Origin: a virus
DNA: 64,000 bases
Strand: one strand, 5' to 3'
Virus record (IMG/VR): IMGVR_UViG_3300021440_000014
Coordinates: 108,011-172,010 of that record
The translations under genes and the position numbers were made by a program. Below are positions 49,814-60,455 of this stretch, piece by piece; the first letter of the stretch is position 1; every line of letters starts with the position of its first letter. The notes under the pieces are model-generated. The model had not been told where the DNA came from. It made no database searches and saw only the letters and a list, made by a program, of their open reading frames with translations.

Positions 49814-50513
49814 TGTTTTCTTGCCTAATCGCTTCAGCTAATAAAACCAATGCATTTCTTACTTTTAGACTCTTGCCGCCTCCAAAATAACTTCTAAACC
49901 GAAGAGGCTTGGATTCGTCTATGGATATATAAACATCTCCCATTACATCTATAGAAATGTATAAATTACCGTCATCTTCTCCATCAGTATCGTCATGTTG
50001 AATAGACAAGCATTGATTTGCATTTAAATTTTCGGGCCAAAATGCGCTATTTAATACTTTGTCAATATCTTTTTGTTTTATCATCTTACTGTTTTCTCCT
50101 AATTCTTTCCAGAAATCTAGAATACCATTTTCCATCTCTAGTTCCACCGGGGTATAGGATATTATTTCTACAAGTGCGACACATTAGAACACCAGAATGT
50201 CTAGGATCAGAGCTAGTCATTAATCTTATCATGAATTTTTCCGAGAAAATCCTACCGCATTTGGTGCATTCAGTCTTTTTTGCGAATATCATATTTAATT
50301 TTCTTTTCAAAAATTAATTCATCGAAAGTATTGTCTTCTTTGCTTTTAAATACTGAAATAGTTAACGCTTTTGCGCCAAGCCTAAGCGAAACAGCTACCT
50401 CGTTCCCTTCGTCTATTAAATCTAATATGTTTTTATCCTCACTCTGCTCAAAATCATTGTCAAGACTCCATCCCGGCAATTTTTCGATTTTTAACTTATC
50501 GTAGCCCCTAATT

Positions 50514-51812
50514 TTAATTACTTTTTTCATAAAAATTCAAACATTCTTTATTAACAATAATTTTATCTTTAGAGAATGGTTTAACGGAAAGACTCTCTAA
50601 ATTTCTTACTCTAGACAACGCTACGTATACCTGACCAGTAGCGAAAGCTTCATTCAAATCAAGCTCGACTCTGTCTAACGTAGATCCCTGACATTTATGA
50701 ACAGTAGAGGCCCATGCTAATTTCAAAGGAATTTGTTCTCTAGTAGCTATTTTTTTATAGAATGTTTTCTTGTCAAAACCTATCGCTTGCTCCTTTATGC
50801 TCCACTCATCTATTTCTACAATAGCTTTTCCAGCCGAAAATTTTACTTCAACTCCTGCCGTGCAAAAAGATTCTACTTTACCTATCGAACCATTAACTAA
50901 CCCCCTATCTAAGTCTATATTCTTTAAAAGCATTACTTGGGCACCCTTTTTCAGTTCTAAAATCTTTGGCGCGGGACAATTCCTATCAAAAAACTTTATA
51001 TGATGTTCACTGCCATTGTCAATCGAGTGAAAATGCCTTGACTCTTCTTTAATTTTCAAAAGCTCTTGCTTGTTAAATGTATCAACGTCAACATTTTTGC
51101 AATAAATTTTTATAGGTTGAATTCCGTCGTTTGGGAATTTCGCGTCTACCCTAGACTGTAATACAGATAGAGAATCTGTCTTTCCGAGTCTTATATCGTT
51201 TAGCATTCTCGCGAAATCGGAACTGTTATCTTGCCTCATTACGGTTTTAAGAACAACGTTCTTAATTTTGGCATTCTTCCATGAAGAGGACTCAAAACAA
51301 AAACCTTTCTGATTGACAGTTTTGAAAACTGGAGGAAGCTGCAAGAAATCTCCAACAAAAATCATTTGCATCCCGCCGAATGGAGACATGTCGAATCGAA
51401 AATACTGCAACACTTCATTTAGTTTGTCTAAGAAATCGGCGGATAGCATAGATATTTCATCTATAATAAGGATTTTTGAATCTCTTATCCTTGCCCGAGC
51501 CTTCTTATTTCTATTAACGGAATTATTGATTATTGAATCTACGCTTTCATCTGCAAGACCCATTCCAGCCCAAGAATGGATAGTTAAACCGTCTACGTTA
51601 AGCGCGGCTACTCCCGTAGAAGCGGCGATTCCATAAGGAATTCCTTCTTGGTTTAAAAAGTCCTTCAATATTTTAGTGCAAAAACTTTTACCGCTCCCTG
51701 CCTCTCCAGTAAGAAATATATTATTACCAGCAGCTACTTCTTTAAAGAAAGCCATTTGCTCTTTATTTAAAGAGCTTGAAAGGCTGCTCTTTTCAAAATT
51801 TTTATAATTCAT
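50514..51812 (-). CDS. Pif1-family SF1B DNA helicase
   Basis: GEAGSGKS, DEISM, PFGG.Q....GDFLQLPPV, LAWA.TVHKCQG, YVALSR. Confidence 0.9.
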   Translation of the reverse strand: MNYKNFEKSSLSSSLNKEQMAFFKEVAAGNNIFLTGEAGSGKSFCTKILKDFLNQEGIPYGIAASTGVAALNVDGLTIHSWAGMGLADESVDSIINNSVNRNKKARARIRDSKILIIDEISMLSADFLDKLNEVLQYFRFDMSPFGGMQMIFVGDFLQLPPVFKTVNQKGFCFESSSWKNAKIKNVVLKTVMRQDNSSDFARMLNDIRLGKTDSLSVLQSRVDAKFPNDGIQPIKIYCKNVDVDTFNKQELLKIKEESRHFHSIDNGSEHHIKFFDRNCPAPKILELKKGAQVMLLKNIDLDRGLVNGSIGKVESFCTAGVEVKFSAGKAIVEIDEWSIKEQAIGFDKKTFYKKIATREQIPLKLAWASTVHKCQGSTLDRVELDLNEAFATGQVYVALSRVRNLESLSVKPFSKDKIIVNKECLNFYEKSN

Positions 51813-52000
51813 TTATATTGACCTAATGATATTTTTCTTTTAATTGTAGAATCCCAAAGTTCGGTGCAAAAATCTTTAGTTCTTGTAGAGAACGTTTCAA
51901 TATCGCAACACTTCAAGTAAAAATACTTGATCCTTTGATTTCCGTCAATCATTCTTCTAAAGAATTTAGGTTTTTTACCACAAATGCATTTTTCCATATT

Positions 52001-52990
52001 TTATCTATTTTTAGGCGGCAATGAATTTCTTTTTACCTCAAAAAGACCAGTTCCAATTACTTCTGTTAATGTATTCCCTCCAGAATATGACACAAAGCTC
52101 CTAATTCCACCATTTAAATCGTCTACAAGCTTTTTTAATGGAACTAAATTAGTTTTAGGAGATAAAATCTTACCTTCGCTAGTTTTTCCTGCTTGCTTAA
52201 TTATCTCTAACTGTTTTTCGCTTGCCCCGCCCCAATAGGAGCCATCTCCAGATATATTTGTTTCTGCTTCCTCGGCTTGACTAAAATATCCACCAATTAT
52301 TACGTATTTAGCTCCAGCGGCAAAAGCTTTACAGGCATAAGCTGGTTTACTTATTCCTCCATCTGCCGCCGTAGATACGTGTGGTGTATCCCAAATAGAG
52401 CACTCCATTATTTCTGTTATATTCCCACGATTAACTCCTGTCATATCAGAGGTTGAACATGGAGAACCGCCACCTATTCCTACTCTTACTATCAATTCTC
52501 TACTTATACATGGGAATGTCCTATAAATGTTTTTATAACCCCATTCATCATGAACGTTCCCAACGTAAAACCTATCTAAAGTCCCTTCTTTCATATAGGA
52601 CGCCAATGTTACTAAATTCAAATAACCATTAGCTATATCTAATCCCATGTTATTAACTTTATTTTTTCTGAAAAATTCATAATCTTGTTTAAAATCTTTT
52701 ACTCCAAGCGATACGCAACAAAACTGATTCTTATTCGCAGCGTTTTTATAAAAACTCCTGAATCTATCTAACTGCCATTCTCTTCCCAAGAACCTTGGTA
52801 GGAATACTGATATTCCAAGTCTAGCCGCTTCTATCACAAATTTTTCACCAACTACAGCCTGCATTGGAGAGGCTATTATTCTCCAGCTTTCATTTGGAAT
52901 ATCATTTCTAGATATAAAATAATCATGCTTCTTCGCAATGATATTCACATCATTGTAGTATAAGCTCTCTTTATTGGTAAATGTTGCCAT
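52001..52990 (-). CDS. GMP reductase/IMP dehydrogenase family protein
   Basis: DIANG, VGIGGGSPCST, ADGGI, SEG, GGIRS..SY. Confidence 0.8.
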   Translation of the reverse strand: MATFTNKESLYYNDVNIIAKKHDYFISRNDIPNESWRIIASPMQAVVGEKFVIEAARLGISVFLPRFLGREWQLDRFRSFYKNAANKNQFCCVSLGVKDFKQDYEFFRKNKVNNMGLDIANGYLNLVTLASYMKEGTLDRFYVGNVHDEWGYKNIYRTFPCISRELIVRVGIGGGSPCSTSDMTGVNRGNITEIMECSIWDTPHVSTAADGGISKPAYACKAFAAGAKYVIIGGYFSQAEEAETNISGDGSYWGGASEKQLEIIKQAGKTSEGKILSPKTNLVPLKKLVDDLNGGIRSFVSYSGGNTLTEVIGTGLFEVKRNSLPPKNR

Positions 52991-52991
52991 G

Positions 52992-54113
52992 TTATTTTTT
53001 TATGCAATTATTAATGTCTACTCTCGCAAAATTAGGAACACCTAATCCAGTTAGGTCATTATAAAGGAAAGTTACCTCTTTTCCTATCCATTTCTTTTTA
53101 TCACGCAAAAATTCAACAGCTTGCTCATATTCGCCCTTGAAAGTAGCGTTAAACTCCTTATCTTTCCATTTAAGTCTGATTACTTTTCCTGTGCCAGCCC
53201 AATTTCCATCTCCCTCTAATATATCTAAAATAATACCTTCTGAGTCAAACTCAGGTTTGACTTTAAGTAAGTATTTAGATCTTTTATTTTCGTATGGTTT
53301 TTTAAGAATACGAATCATCGCTCCTTCGTGACCTTCTTCAAGGAAAGACTTGTAAAGTTTTTCGAACTCTTCTTGAGAGTTAACGTTAAAAGTTGGGACT
53401 TTCTCTACTACCCCATCTCCATACGTAGGGCCAAAAATAGAGTCTATGGCATATTTCCTTCCAAGATAATCAACTGACATGTCCTCAATTATCCCATCGT
53501 AAATGTAAAATCTTACTTTTTCTCTACTTTTCTTTAAATCTTCTTCAGTAATATTAACTGTTTTCCTAACTATACTCATCAGTTCATTTAACTGTGATCT
53601 TAATTTAAAATTAAAAAGTTCCCCATCTAAAATAGATTTCGGACGTGCTTTAAAAAATGGCTGGAAATACTCTTCTATATGAGGAACAGATAAGTATCTT
53701 TCTCCTTTTCTAGTAAAAATACCCTCTTTTCTTACAATGGCTCGGCTACCATTGTATTTTATTTGAACTGCGACTCCATCACTCCAATCTATTTTATCCT
53801 TGTAGTCATTAAAATTTTTAGCGAGCATCGGCTCAAAGTAAGTCTCATTATCTATTTCGTTAACACTTTCAAAATACCCTGTTTTTATCTTCTTATCCCA
53901 ATGCGCCTTAGCTTCTAAAACAGCTTGTTGTTCTGCCGTTGTTTCATTTTTCTTACCTACATTTTTGGGCTTACATACAGTATATTCACTTATCACCTTC
54001 TCTCCATTAATAAGACCAGAAATGGTCCTATACGAGTTCCCTTGGACTTCAATTTTCCATTCCCTAACCTTACCTTTACTATCTCTTGAGTATAATCTGT
54101 TATATATATTCAT
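52992..54113 (-). CDS. ATP-dependent DNA ligase
   Basis: PMLA, KYNG.R, LDGEL, EG.M.R, Y..KRS..LLK.K. Confidence 0.9.
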   Translation of the reverse strand: MNIYNRLYSRDSKGKVREWKIEVQGNSYRTISGLINGEKVISEYTVCKPKNVGKKNETTAEQQAVLEAKAHWDKKIKTGYFESVNEIDNETYFEPMLAKNFNDYKDKIDWSDGVAVQIKYNGSRAIVRKEGIFTRKGERYLSVPHIEEYFQPFFKARPKSILDGELFNFKLRSQLNELMSIVRKTVNITEEDLKKSREKVRFYIYDGIIEDMSVDYLGRKYAIDSIFGPTYGDGVVEKVPTFNVNSQEEFEKLYKSFLEEGHEGAMIRILKKPYENKRSKYLLKVKPEFDSEGIILDILEGDGNWAGTGKVIRLKWKDKEFNATFKGEYEQAVEFLRDKKKWIGKEVTFLYNDLTGLGVPNFARVDINNCIKK

Positions 54114-54186
54114 TTTTTTATTTTATAAAAAACTCTTATTGCGTATACGCCTATTAAAGCTAGTAATAATACTTTTTGCATAAAAA

Positions 54187-54591
54187 TTAAACATTCGGCC
54201 AAATATATTCAATTTTTGGCAACTCTTCCCAATTAAATTGACTATAATGCTGTAGATTTTTAAAAAGAAGTGCTGCTCTATGAGAGCTATGAAAATTTTC
54301 ATCACCTACAAAAGATGGTTTGCCAGTATCTTCAAATTGCTCAAGATATTTTTGAAATGTTAAAAAATGGTGAGGATATTCTCTGCCACGTCTTTTTAGC
54401 TCTTCAAGACCTTCTAAAGAATATTTGGCAAGAGAATGCTTGTGTTTAGCCCACATTTTAGAAACAGGGTGATTTGGCCACCCGCCTCTTATTAAAGTCA
54501 GGCATTCTCTATAAATTTGATTGCCTAACCGTTTATTGTCGAGAACTGATACTGATTTTTTATAATCAGCAAAAGGGAGGAATACTTGCAT
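54187..54591 (-). CDS. pyrimidine-dimer DNA glycosylase/EndoV-like (MSMEG_6728 family)
   Basis: MQ.FLP, LD.KRLG.Q..E, NHP...MW, H.SHR..LL.K, Y.WP. Confidence 0.85.
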   Translation of the reverse strand: MQVFLPFADYKKSVSVLDNKRLGNQIYRECLTLIRGGWPNHPVSKMWAKHKHSLAKYSLEGLEELKRRGREYPHHFLTFQKYLEQFEDTGKPSFVGDENFHSSHRAALLFKNLQHYSQFNWEELPKIEYIWPNV

Positions 54592-54775
54592 AATTATCTT
54601 GTTTTAATAATGTCAAACAAACTTACTTCATGTAGGATATTTTCCTCTTTAACCATTACGGTATATTCGTCCTTAACGCTAACTACTTCTCCGACCCATT
54701 CGTCATTGCCTTCTTTGACTATGACTGTTTTATTTATCAATTTATTTAATACTTCCAGTTTACTAGACATGTTAT

Positions 54776-55771
54776 TTATATGTTTATTTTACTATTTGGA
54801 TTATAGAATGAACAATTCTGGCACGTTTTTGGCCTTTTGCCAAGCTTAAAATCGTTTATTAATTTTCTTCTATTTAGCTCTATATCTTTCCATTCGTCGC
54901 TTAAACTGCCAATAACTAAATCATCGTTATCAGTCTCAATAAACCTGCACCCACACGCCCTTATTTTCCCATCAAATAATACAGCTACAGAAGAAAGCCC
55001 GAGACAAGGAGTTTTAAGCGATGATAATACGGGCTTCATTTTCATATCTTTTGGAAGATTTTTAATAGTTCCTCCCCAATTATCAAAATTAGCAGTAAAA
55101 TTAAAAGATACGTTTTTATTTAAATTTGGTTTGATGAAATCTTGAAAAAACTTAGATTTTATGATTTTTGAAGGTGATATTTTGTTCCTAAATCTCAAAT
55201 GAACATGTAATTTATTACTTTTTTTATTTAGAAGCTCGGCTAATCCGTGTTTTAATAAATCACAATAATCTACTCCATATACCTCTTTATAATCTTCATT
55301 ATCGAACGAAGGCAAAGATATGAATATCTGATCGAGTTTTGAATCTATTATATTCTGGAAATATTTATAAAGAAGAATTCCATTTGTAGTTAAAACTACA
55401 TTTAAATTTAAATCTTTGCTTAATCCTATCTTTTCAAAAAGATTCATGTCTATCAACGGATCTCCAACCGTAGGAGTTAAATCTATTGTTTTAAGATCTT
55501 TGCAATTCCATAAAACTTTTGCCAATGCCTTTTTAAAGGTTTCATATTTCATTACTCCCTTTTTCATTTTAGAAATTGGGTAGGCGCAAAAAATGCAGGA
55601 AGCGTTACATATATTAGCGACTTGAAAACTTGCTATATTTGGACTATTTTCATTCGTGTTTGGAAAAAAATTTTTAATAAAAACCAGCAATGGCCACGTC
55701 TGTCTAACTATTATCTGAAATAAATCAGCGGTAAATGGCAGAAAGCAAAAAATTTTATTTATTAGTTTCAT
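54776..55771 (-). CDS. radical SAM/SPASM-domain protein
   Basis: CNASCIFC; C-terminal PC, ACGC, C..C. Confidence 0.85.
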   Translation of the reverse strand: MKLINKIFCFLPFTADLFQIIVRQTWPLLVFIKNFFPNTNENSPNIASFQVANICNASCIFCAYPISKMKKGVMKYETFKKALAKVLWNCKDLKTIDLTPTVGDPLIDMNLFEKIGLSKDLNLNVVLTTNGILLYKYFQNIIDSKLDQIFISLPSFDNEDYKEVYGVDYCDLLKHGLAELLNKKSNKLHVHLRFRNKISPSKIIKSKFFQDFIKPNLNKNVSFNFTANFDNWGGTIKNLPKDMKMKPVLSSLKTPCLGLSSVAVLFDGKIRACGCRFIETDNDDLVIGSLSDEWKDIELNRRKLINDFKLGKRPKTCQNCSFYNPNSKINI

Positions 55772-56124
55772 TTATAGAAATAAATGAGCAGTAGCTCACG
55801 GAGCAATTGCTCGAATTAAAAATAGTCCCGTAGCTTCCATAAGGGATAATAAAAACACAGTTACTTACTGCCATCCCTCCTTTATCTAAAATTAATGGAC
55901 CTACAAATACTCTTTTTTCTTTTACGGCAGAATAAAAATTACGAATATAGTCTTTACCCATTTCTTGAAAATACTCAATATTATTTAACTTAGATTGTAA
56001 ATTATTTAAATATTCATCTTTTTTACTTAGCATTACTGCTGTGAATAAAAGAATGAAAAATATTGCTATATTAGCAAAAATCATTGAGTTAACGTAAAAG
56101 TCTTTATTTTCTTCAGCTTTCATT

Positions 56125-57063
56125 TTACTTCTTCTTTACTCTGCTATCTCTCAAGTTTTCGTCTTTAAAGAACTTACGATACTGCTTAAATCCTCTGAAG
56201 TTGCCAATATATTCGCTAGAATCCATAGCCTGAGCGACATGTTCAGTTGGACTAAGGTGCCTTGGAATTGAGCCAAATAATCTATCGCATAATTTGATGT
56301 CGGCTTCATAATCGTCTTTACCTTCGTAGTTTAAATATGAAACGCGGGCGCAACGAGCAATTGCTATTTTCGTCTTTAGTTCATCAATAAATCTAAGCGT
56401 ATCTCGTGATAATTCGTGTGCCGCTCCTTCTGTAATATTTTCCCACGCCTCCGTATTAATTAATCTATCTACGTTTATTTTATCTCCAAAAGGAATGTGC
56501 CACTCGCCTGCTTTCAATTCTTTTGGAGTTGATTTATTATATTCTTCAAGCATCAATTTAGCTAAGGCTTGGAATTCCGGTTGCGCGTCTTCATGAGCAC
56601 GAAGAGCAAAAAAATTCTCGAAATCTGTACCAGAAAGGATAATTCTAATGTTAAACCAAGGCTCAAGAATACGATTACAGATTTGCTTGTGTAAACCTAT
56701 TACATTCAACTTTAAAACTCTTTCAATTGCTATATCTCTAGACTTTAACCAAGACCTCCTACAATACTCTTTAGGAGAAATTAAGCTACCATCATCTACC
56801 AATACTGCTGGTTCGTTACTAAGTTCTTCTTTGGCTTGCATTCCACTTTGGTTCTTCCCCCACCAAACAGGCATTGCAGGATTATCAATAACCTGCTGAA
56901 TCATTTTCTCAATAGGTATTGCGCGGGAACTAGCAGCATTTTTAGAGAACATCCTATGCGTCATTACCTCCGCATGAATAAATCTTGGGTATTCTAATAA
57001 AAATGTTGTCAATCGACATCCTACAGGATTGATAGAATCTTGAATTATTTCTGCTTTTATCAT
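56125..57063 (-). CDS. thyX: flavin-dependent thymidylate synthase
   Basis: RFIHAE.MTHRMFSKNAASSRAIP, HKQ..NR.LEP, H.SP.EH.A. Confidence 0.85.
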   Translation of the reverse strand: MIKAEIIQDSINPVGCRLTTFLLEYPRFIHAEVMTHRMFSKNAASSRAIPIEKMIQQVIDNPAMPVWWGKNQSGMQAKEELSNEPAVLVDDGSLISPKEYCRRSWLKSRDIAIERVLKLNVIGLHKQICNRILEPWFNIRIILSGTDFENFFALRAHEDAQPEFQALAKLMLEEYNKSTPKELKAGEWHIPFGDKINVDRLINTEAWENITEGAAHELSRDTLRFIDELKTKIAIARCARVSYLNYEGKDDYEADIKLCDRLFGSIPRHLSPTEHVAQAMDSSEYIGNFRGFKQYRKFFKDENLRDSRVKKK

Positions 57064-57226
57064 ATTTTTATTAGTTTTTCTTGAAAGGATTTAATATAAA
57101 GATTATTAAAAATATTAGCCCAATAATAAAAAGTAAATTTGTAAAATTACCTATTATCACAAATTTAATTGTAAATAATAGATAAACTAAAATTCCGAGC
57201 AAAACTAGAAGTGCTACGTTCATATT

Positions 57227-57715
57227 TTATCTTCCGGTGCTTCCAAAGCCGCCCTCTTTTCTTTCCGTATCAGAAAGCTCACCCTCTTCAAATTCCGCTT
57301 CGTGGCATTCCTCGAAAACTATTTGAGCAATTTTGTCTCCTGCTTTAATTTTAAAACCCTCTTTTCTCGGAAAACAAGAAGCCATAGGATGTCCTATTAT
57401 CGAGTTTGTTTGTGGTGGCTCAGTTAAATTAATTAATATTACTCCTACTTCTCCTCTATACGTCGCGTCTACCACTCCAGCTAGAACGTCTATGCCTGCT
57501 TTGAGCGCAGAACCGCTCCTTGGAGCTATTCTTCCGTAATAACCTTCAGGAATCTCTATTTTTAATCCTATTTTATTACATAGCCTCTGCATGGGAAAAA
57601 TCTCAGCATCTTCAACTGCATATAAATCATATCCAGCATCACCTTTTCTCTTTGTAGGAATCTTGGCTAAAGGATGAATCAGCTTATACTTTATCTTAAT
57701 CTTATGGGTATCCAT
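57227..57715 (-). CDS. dut: trimeric dUTPase
   Basis: AGYDL, PRSG, GVVD..YRGE, IAQ, R..GGFGSTG. Confidence 0.95.
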   Translation of the reverse strand: MDTHKIKIKYKLIHPLAKIPTKRKGDAGYDLYAVEDAEIFPMQRLCNKIGLKIEIPEGYYGRIAPRSGSALKAGIDVLAGVVDATYRGEVGVILINLTEPPQTNSIIGHPMASCFPRKEGFKIKAGDKIAQIVFEECHEAEFEEGELSDTERKEGGFGSTGR

Positions 57716-57819
57716 ATATAATATATCTTATCTTCTTATGTTCTCACATTTTTAGAAAAAATACAAGTTTTTAAAAAAATAATTTGAAAAATTCAAACTT
57801 TCAGTTTACTATACTGAAA

Positions 57820-58266
57820 ATGACTATAGTTAACGCAAATCAAAAACTCTTTGAATATTTGAAGACGAACGATTCTGTTTATCTATCAAATACCAAGAAA
57901 AAGGATGATTTTTTAAAAATAGTCACTTTATCGGACTCAGAAGAGAGGGACCGTGTTGCTCTGCTTTTATCCTTAAGAGGGTTTGAGGAGAGAGGCATTC
58001 TAAAGAAAAGCGACAATGAAGAACTTTGGATTTTGGTTAAACCTCTGGAATCGTATGAACAGCAAATTACGCTAGACTATGATTCTGTCGCTTCTATTTC
58101 TGGGATTATTAATAAATTCTGTGAGTCTAATGCTAATAAAACAGATGTTTGTGATATACTCGACATTAGGCAAAAAGATATTAAAAATTTAATTTTAATT
58201 ACTTTGCATTTTATCGATAGGGTAAATTCACAAAAACCAGATCAAAATTCTGTAGACGAAGAATAA
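57820..58266 (+). CDS. hypothetical protein, first gene after the strand switch
   Basis: ORF; ATG at 57820 after a TTGAAA...TATACT promoter-like sequence. Confidence 0.6.
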   Translation: MTIVNANQKLFEYLKTNDSVYLSNTKKKDDFLKIVTLSDSEERDRVALLLSLRGFEERGILKKSDNEELWILVKPLESYEQQITLDYDSVASISGIINKFCESNANKTDVCDILDIRQKDIKNLILITLHFIDRVNSQKPDQNSVDEE

Positions 58267-58760
58267 ACATAGCTCCCGTTGAGCAAAGGTGTGCCACACG
58301 CCCCGGATCATTAGGTTGAAGTGGTAGTAAAGCTGCTATAAAAAAAATTAAGCGGGCAACGCGCCGAGAGATGCGACCCGGAAACGATATGCTCTTGCAG
58401 TAAAAAGACCCTCTTTTCGAAGAGGAAATACATACGAAGGCATTATATCGGAGAGTAGTTATGGGCTAAATACGATTTTCAGGGGTGGAAACTACCTTAC
58501 ACCCGTTAAGTATTTAGGGGGAGAGACACTCCATGTTCCTATTGGAAGAGATAACGCAGTGGAGCTTGCGATAACCTTTTTGGGTTTTTCTTTTTGAAAA
58601 AACTGAAAGGGAAATCTCTCATTTCATTCGAGTTTTAGTCGAAGCCATTTGGAAGTCATACAAATAAATGAAGTTTACTGAAGTATGAATTATGTCTATA
58701 TATGTTGTTAGCGGAATTTATTGAAGTTTACAATATGTGTTTATTAAGTATAATTTATAT

Positions 58761-59417
58761 ATGATCATTAGTAATTTAGATAGTTTGATAGGTATTACAG
58801 GTGTAGCTACATGTGGTAAAGATACGTTTTATAGATTATTTAGTAGAAGAGTTTATGAATTATGTAATTGTAAAACACAAAGGTTTGCTTTAGCTGATGA
58901 ATTAAAAGAAGAAGTTAGAGATTTTTTAATTAAAGATTATGGAGTAGATATTCTTAATTGTAGCCCAGAACAGAAAGAATCAGTTAGACCTTATTTGGTA
59001 TTTTATGGAAATTTTAAAAGATTTCAGTCAAATGGAAGTCTTTGGTGGGAGAAGGTTAAAAAGAAAATGGAGAGTCAACCGTTCGATCCTTCTTTATTAA
59101 CATTAATTACTGATATCAGATATTCCCAATACCAAAAAGATGATTTATATTTCATAATGTCTAATAGTGGATATTTAATTCATATTTCTAGACTAGATAA
59201 AAATAACAATATAGTTCCTCCCGCCAACATAAATGAAAAGACCTACGATCCTATAATGCGCAAAAATGCAAATATTTGCATAAAATGGCCAACTACTTCA
59301 GATGAATCTATCCTTCTTGAGTATGTTGATAAAGTTATAGATGATTATATCATTTTTAGAGGTTATAATAATATTTCCACCTATATAAAAAGAAAAATTA
59401 GAAATGTTAATGTCTAA
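58761..59417 (+). CDS. deoxynucleoside monophosphate kinase
   Basis: GITGVATCGKDT, FALADELK, ITDIRY. Confidence 0.8.
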   Translation: MIISNLDSLIGITGVATCGKDTFYRLFSRRVYELCNCKTQRFALADELKEEVRDFLIKDYGVDILNCSPEQKESVRPYLVFYGNFKRFQSNGSLWWEKVKKKMESQPFDPSLLTLITDIRYSQYQKDDLYFIMSNSGYLIHISRLDKNNNIVPPANINEKTYDPIMRKNANICIKWPTTSDESILLEYVDKVIDDYIIFRGYNNISTYIKRKIRNVNV

Positions 59418-59435
59418 TTACTATAATCTATATTA

Positions 59436-60017
59436 ATGGAAAAATTAACAGATCTAGAGCTAATCGAGAAAGTCAAAGTAGACAATGATAGCGACAGTTT
59501 TGTAGAGCTATCTAGGAGGCATACCCCTCTTTGTAAGAATATCTATAATAGATATCAATCTTCTATTACTTCGTCAGGGCTTTGTTTTGAAGATGTTAAA
59601 GATGAAAAAGATAATGTAATATACAAAGCTTTAATGAGTTATCAGCCTGATAAAAATGTTAAATTCTCAACTTGGCTGGGTAATTCAGTTAAATATCACT
59701 GTCTTAATAGCATAAATTCCAATGGCAGAACCATTGCTATGGAAGAAAAAGATTTAGTAAAAGTATCTGATAGCCAAGATCTTGTAAAGGCTAATGAGAA
59801 CATAGAAATAGAGCAAAAAGAATACGTTTATAATATCTTGAACCAACTTTCTGATGAACGAATTAGAAAGATTTTTATGCTTAGATTTTTCTCAAATTCA
59901 CCTAAAAAGAAATCTTGGAGCAAAATAGGAGAAGAGATTGGCGTTAGCACTCAAACTGCTCTAAACCTTTACAGAAAAGGACTTAAAATTCTGAAAATAA
60001 AAGTTAAAAATAGTTGA
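59436..60017 (+). CDS. phage sigma70-family sigma factor
   Basis: TD.ELI, region 2 KFSTWL...V, region 4 HTH SWSKIGEEIGVS. Confidence 0.8.
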   Translation: MEKLTDLELIEKVKVDNDSDSFVELSRRHTPLCKNIYNRYQSSITSSGLCFEDVKDEKDNVIYKALMSYQPDKNVKFSTWLGNSVKYHCLNSINSNGRTIAMEEKDLVKVSDSQDLVKANENIEIEQKEYVYNILNQLSDERIRKIFMLRFFSNSPKKKSWSKIGEEIGVSTQTALNLYRKGLKILKIKVKNS

Positions 60018-60054
60018 CATTTTTCTAAAAACAATATAAGATTATCATATAAAT

Positions 60055-60366
60055 ATGAGCGAATTCAATAATAAACTAATTGGTGGCCTTTATATCAAAA
60101 AAAGTAAAAAGGGAACCACATACCTTGGTGGTAAAATAAACGATGTCCCTGTTTTGATTTTTAAGACTAAAAACAAGAAAACAGACAAAAGCCCAGATTA
60201 TACAGTTTACGAATCTGCACCGCAGCAAGGACAGGAACAGCAGCCAGCACCTAGGACCGCACAGCCACAGAAAAGAACCGCTCCATCCCCGCAAAGAAAG
60301 CCTACTAATCCAGCAGTAGTTGATGATTTTGAAGAACCGACAGCTCCAGACGGTGATGTTTGGTAA
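60055..60366 (+). CDS. putative ssDNA-binding protein (DUF736-like)
   Basis: IG.L..K.SK.G..YL.G, KSPDY; P/Q linker; acidic tail. Confidence 0.55.
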   Translation: MSEFNNKLIGGLYIKKSKKGTTYLGGKINDVPVLIFKTKNKKTDKSPDYTVYESAPQQGQEQQPAPRTAQPQKRTAPSPQRKPTNPAVVDDFEEPTAPDGDVW

Positions 60367-60455
60367 TCTCTCGTACTAAACACGTAACTTCAAATAAAGG
60401 GCAACGAAAGTTGCTCTTTTTTTTTTATAATTTTTATTTATAGCTTATAATAGAT

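Noticed and set aside
4151-57539. Numerous short + strand ORFs antisense to - strand genes
   Set aside because: No motifs and fully overlapped by better-supported genes.
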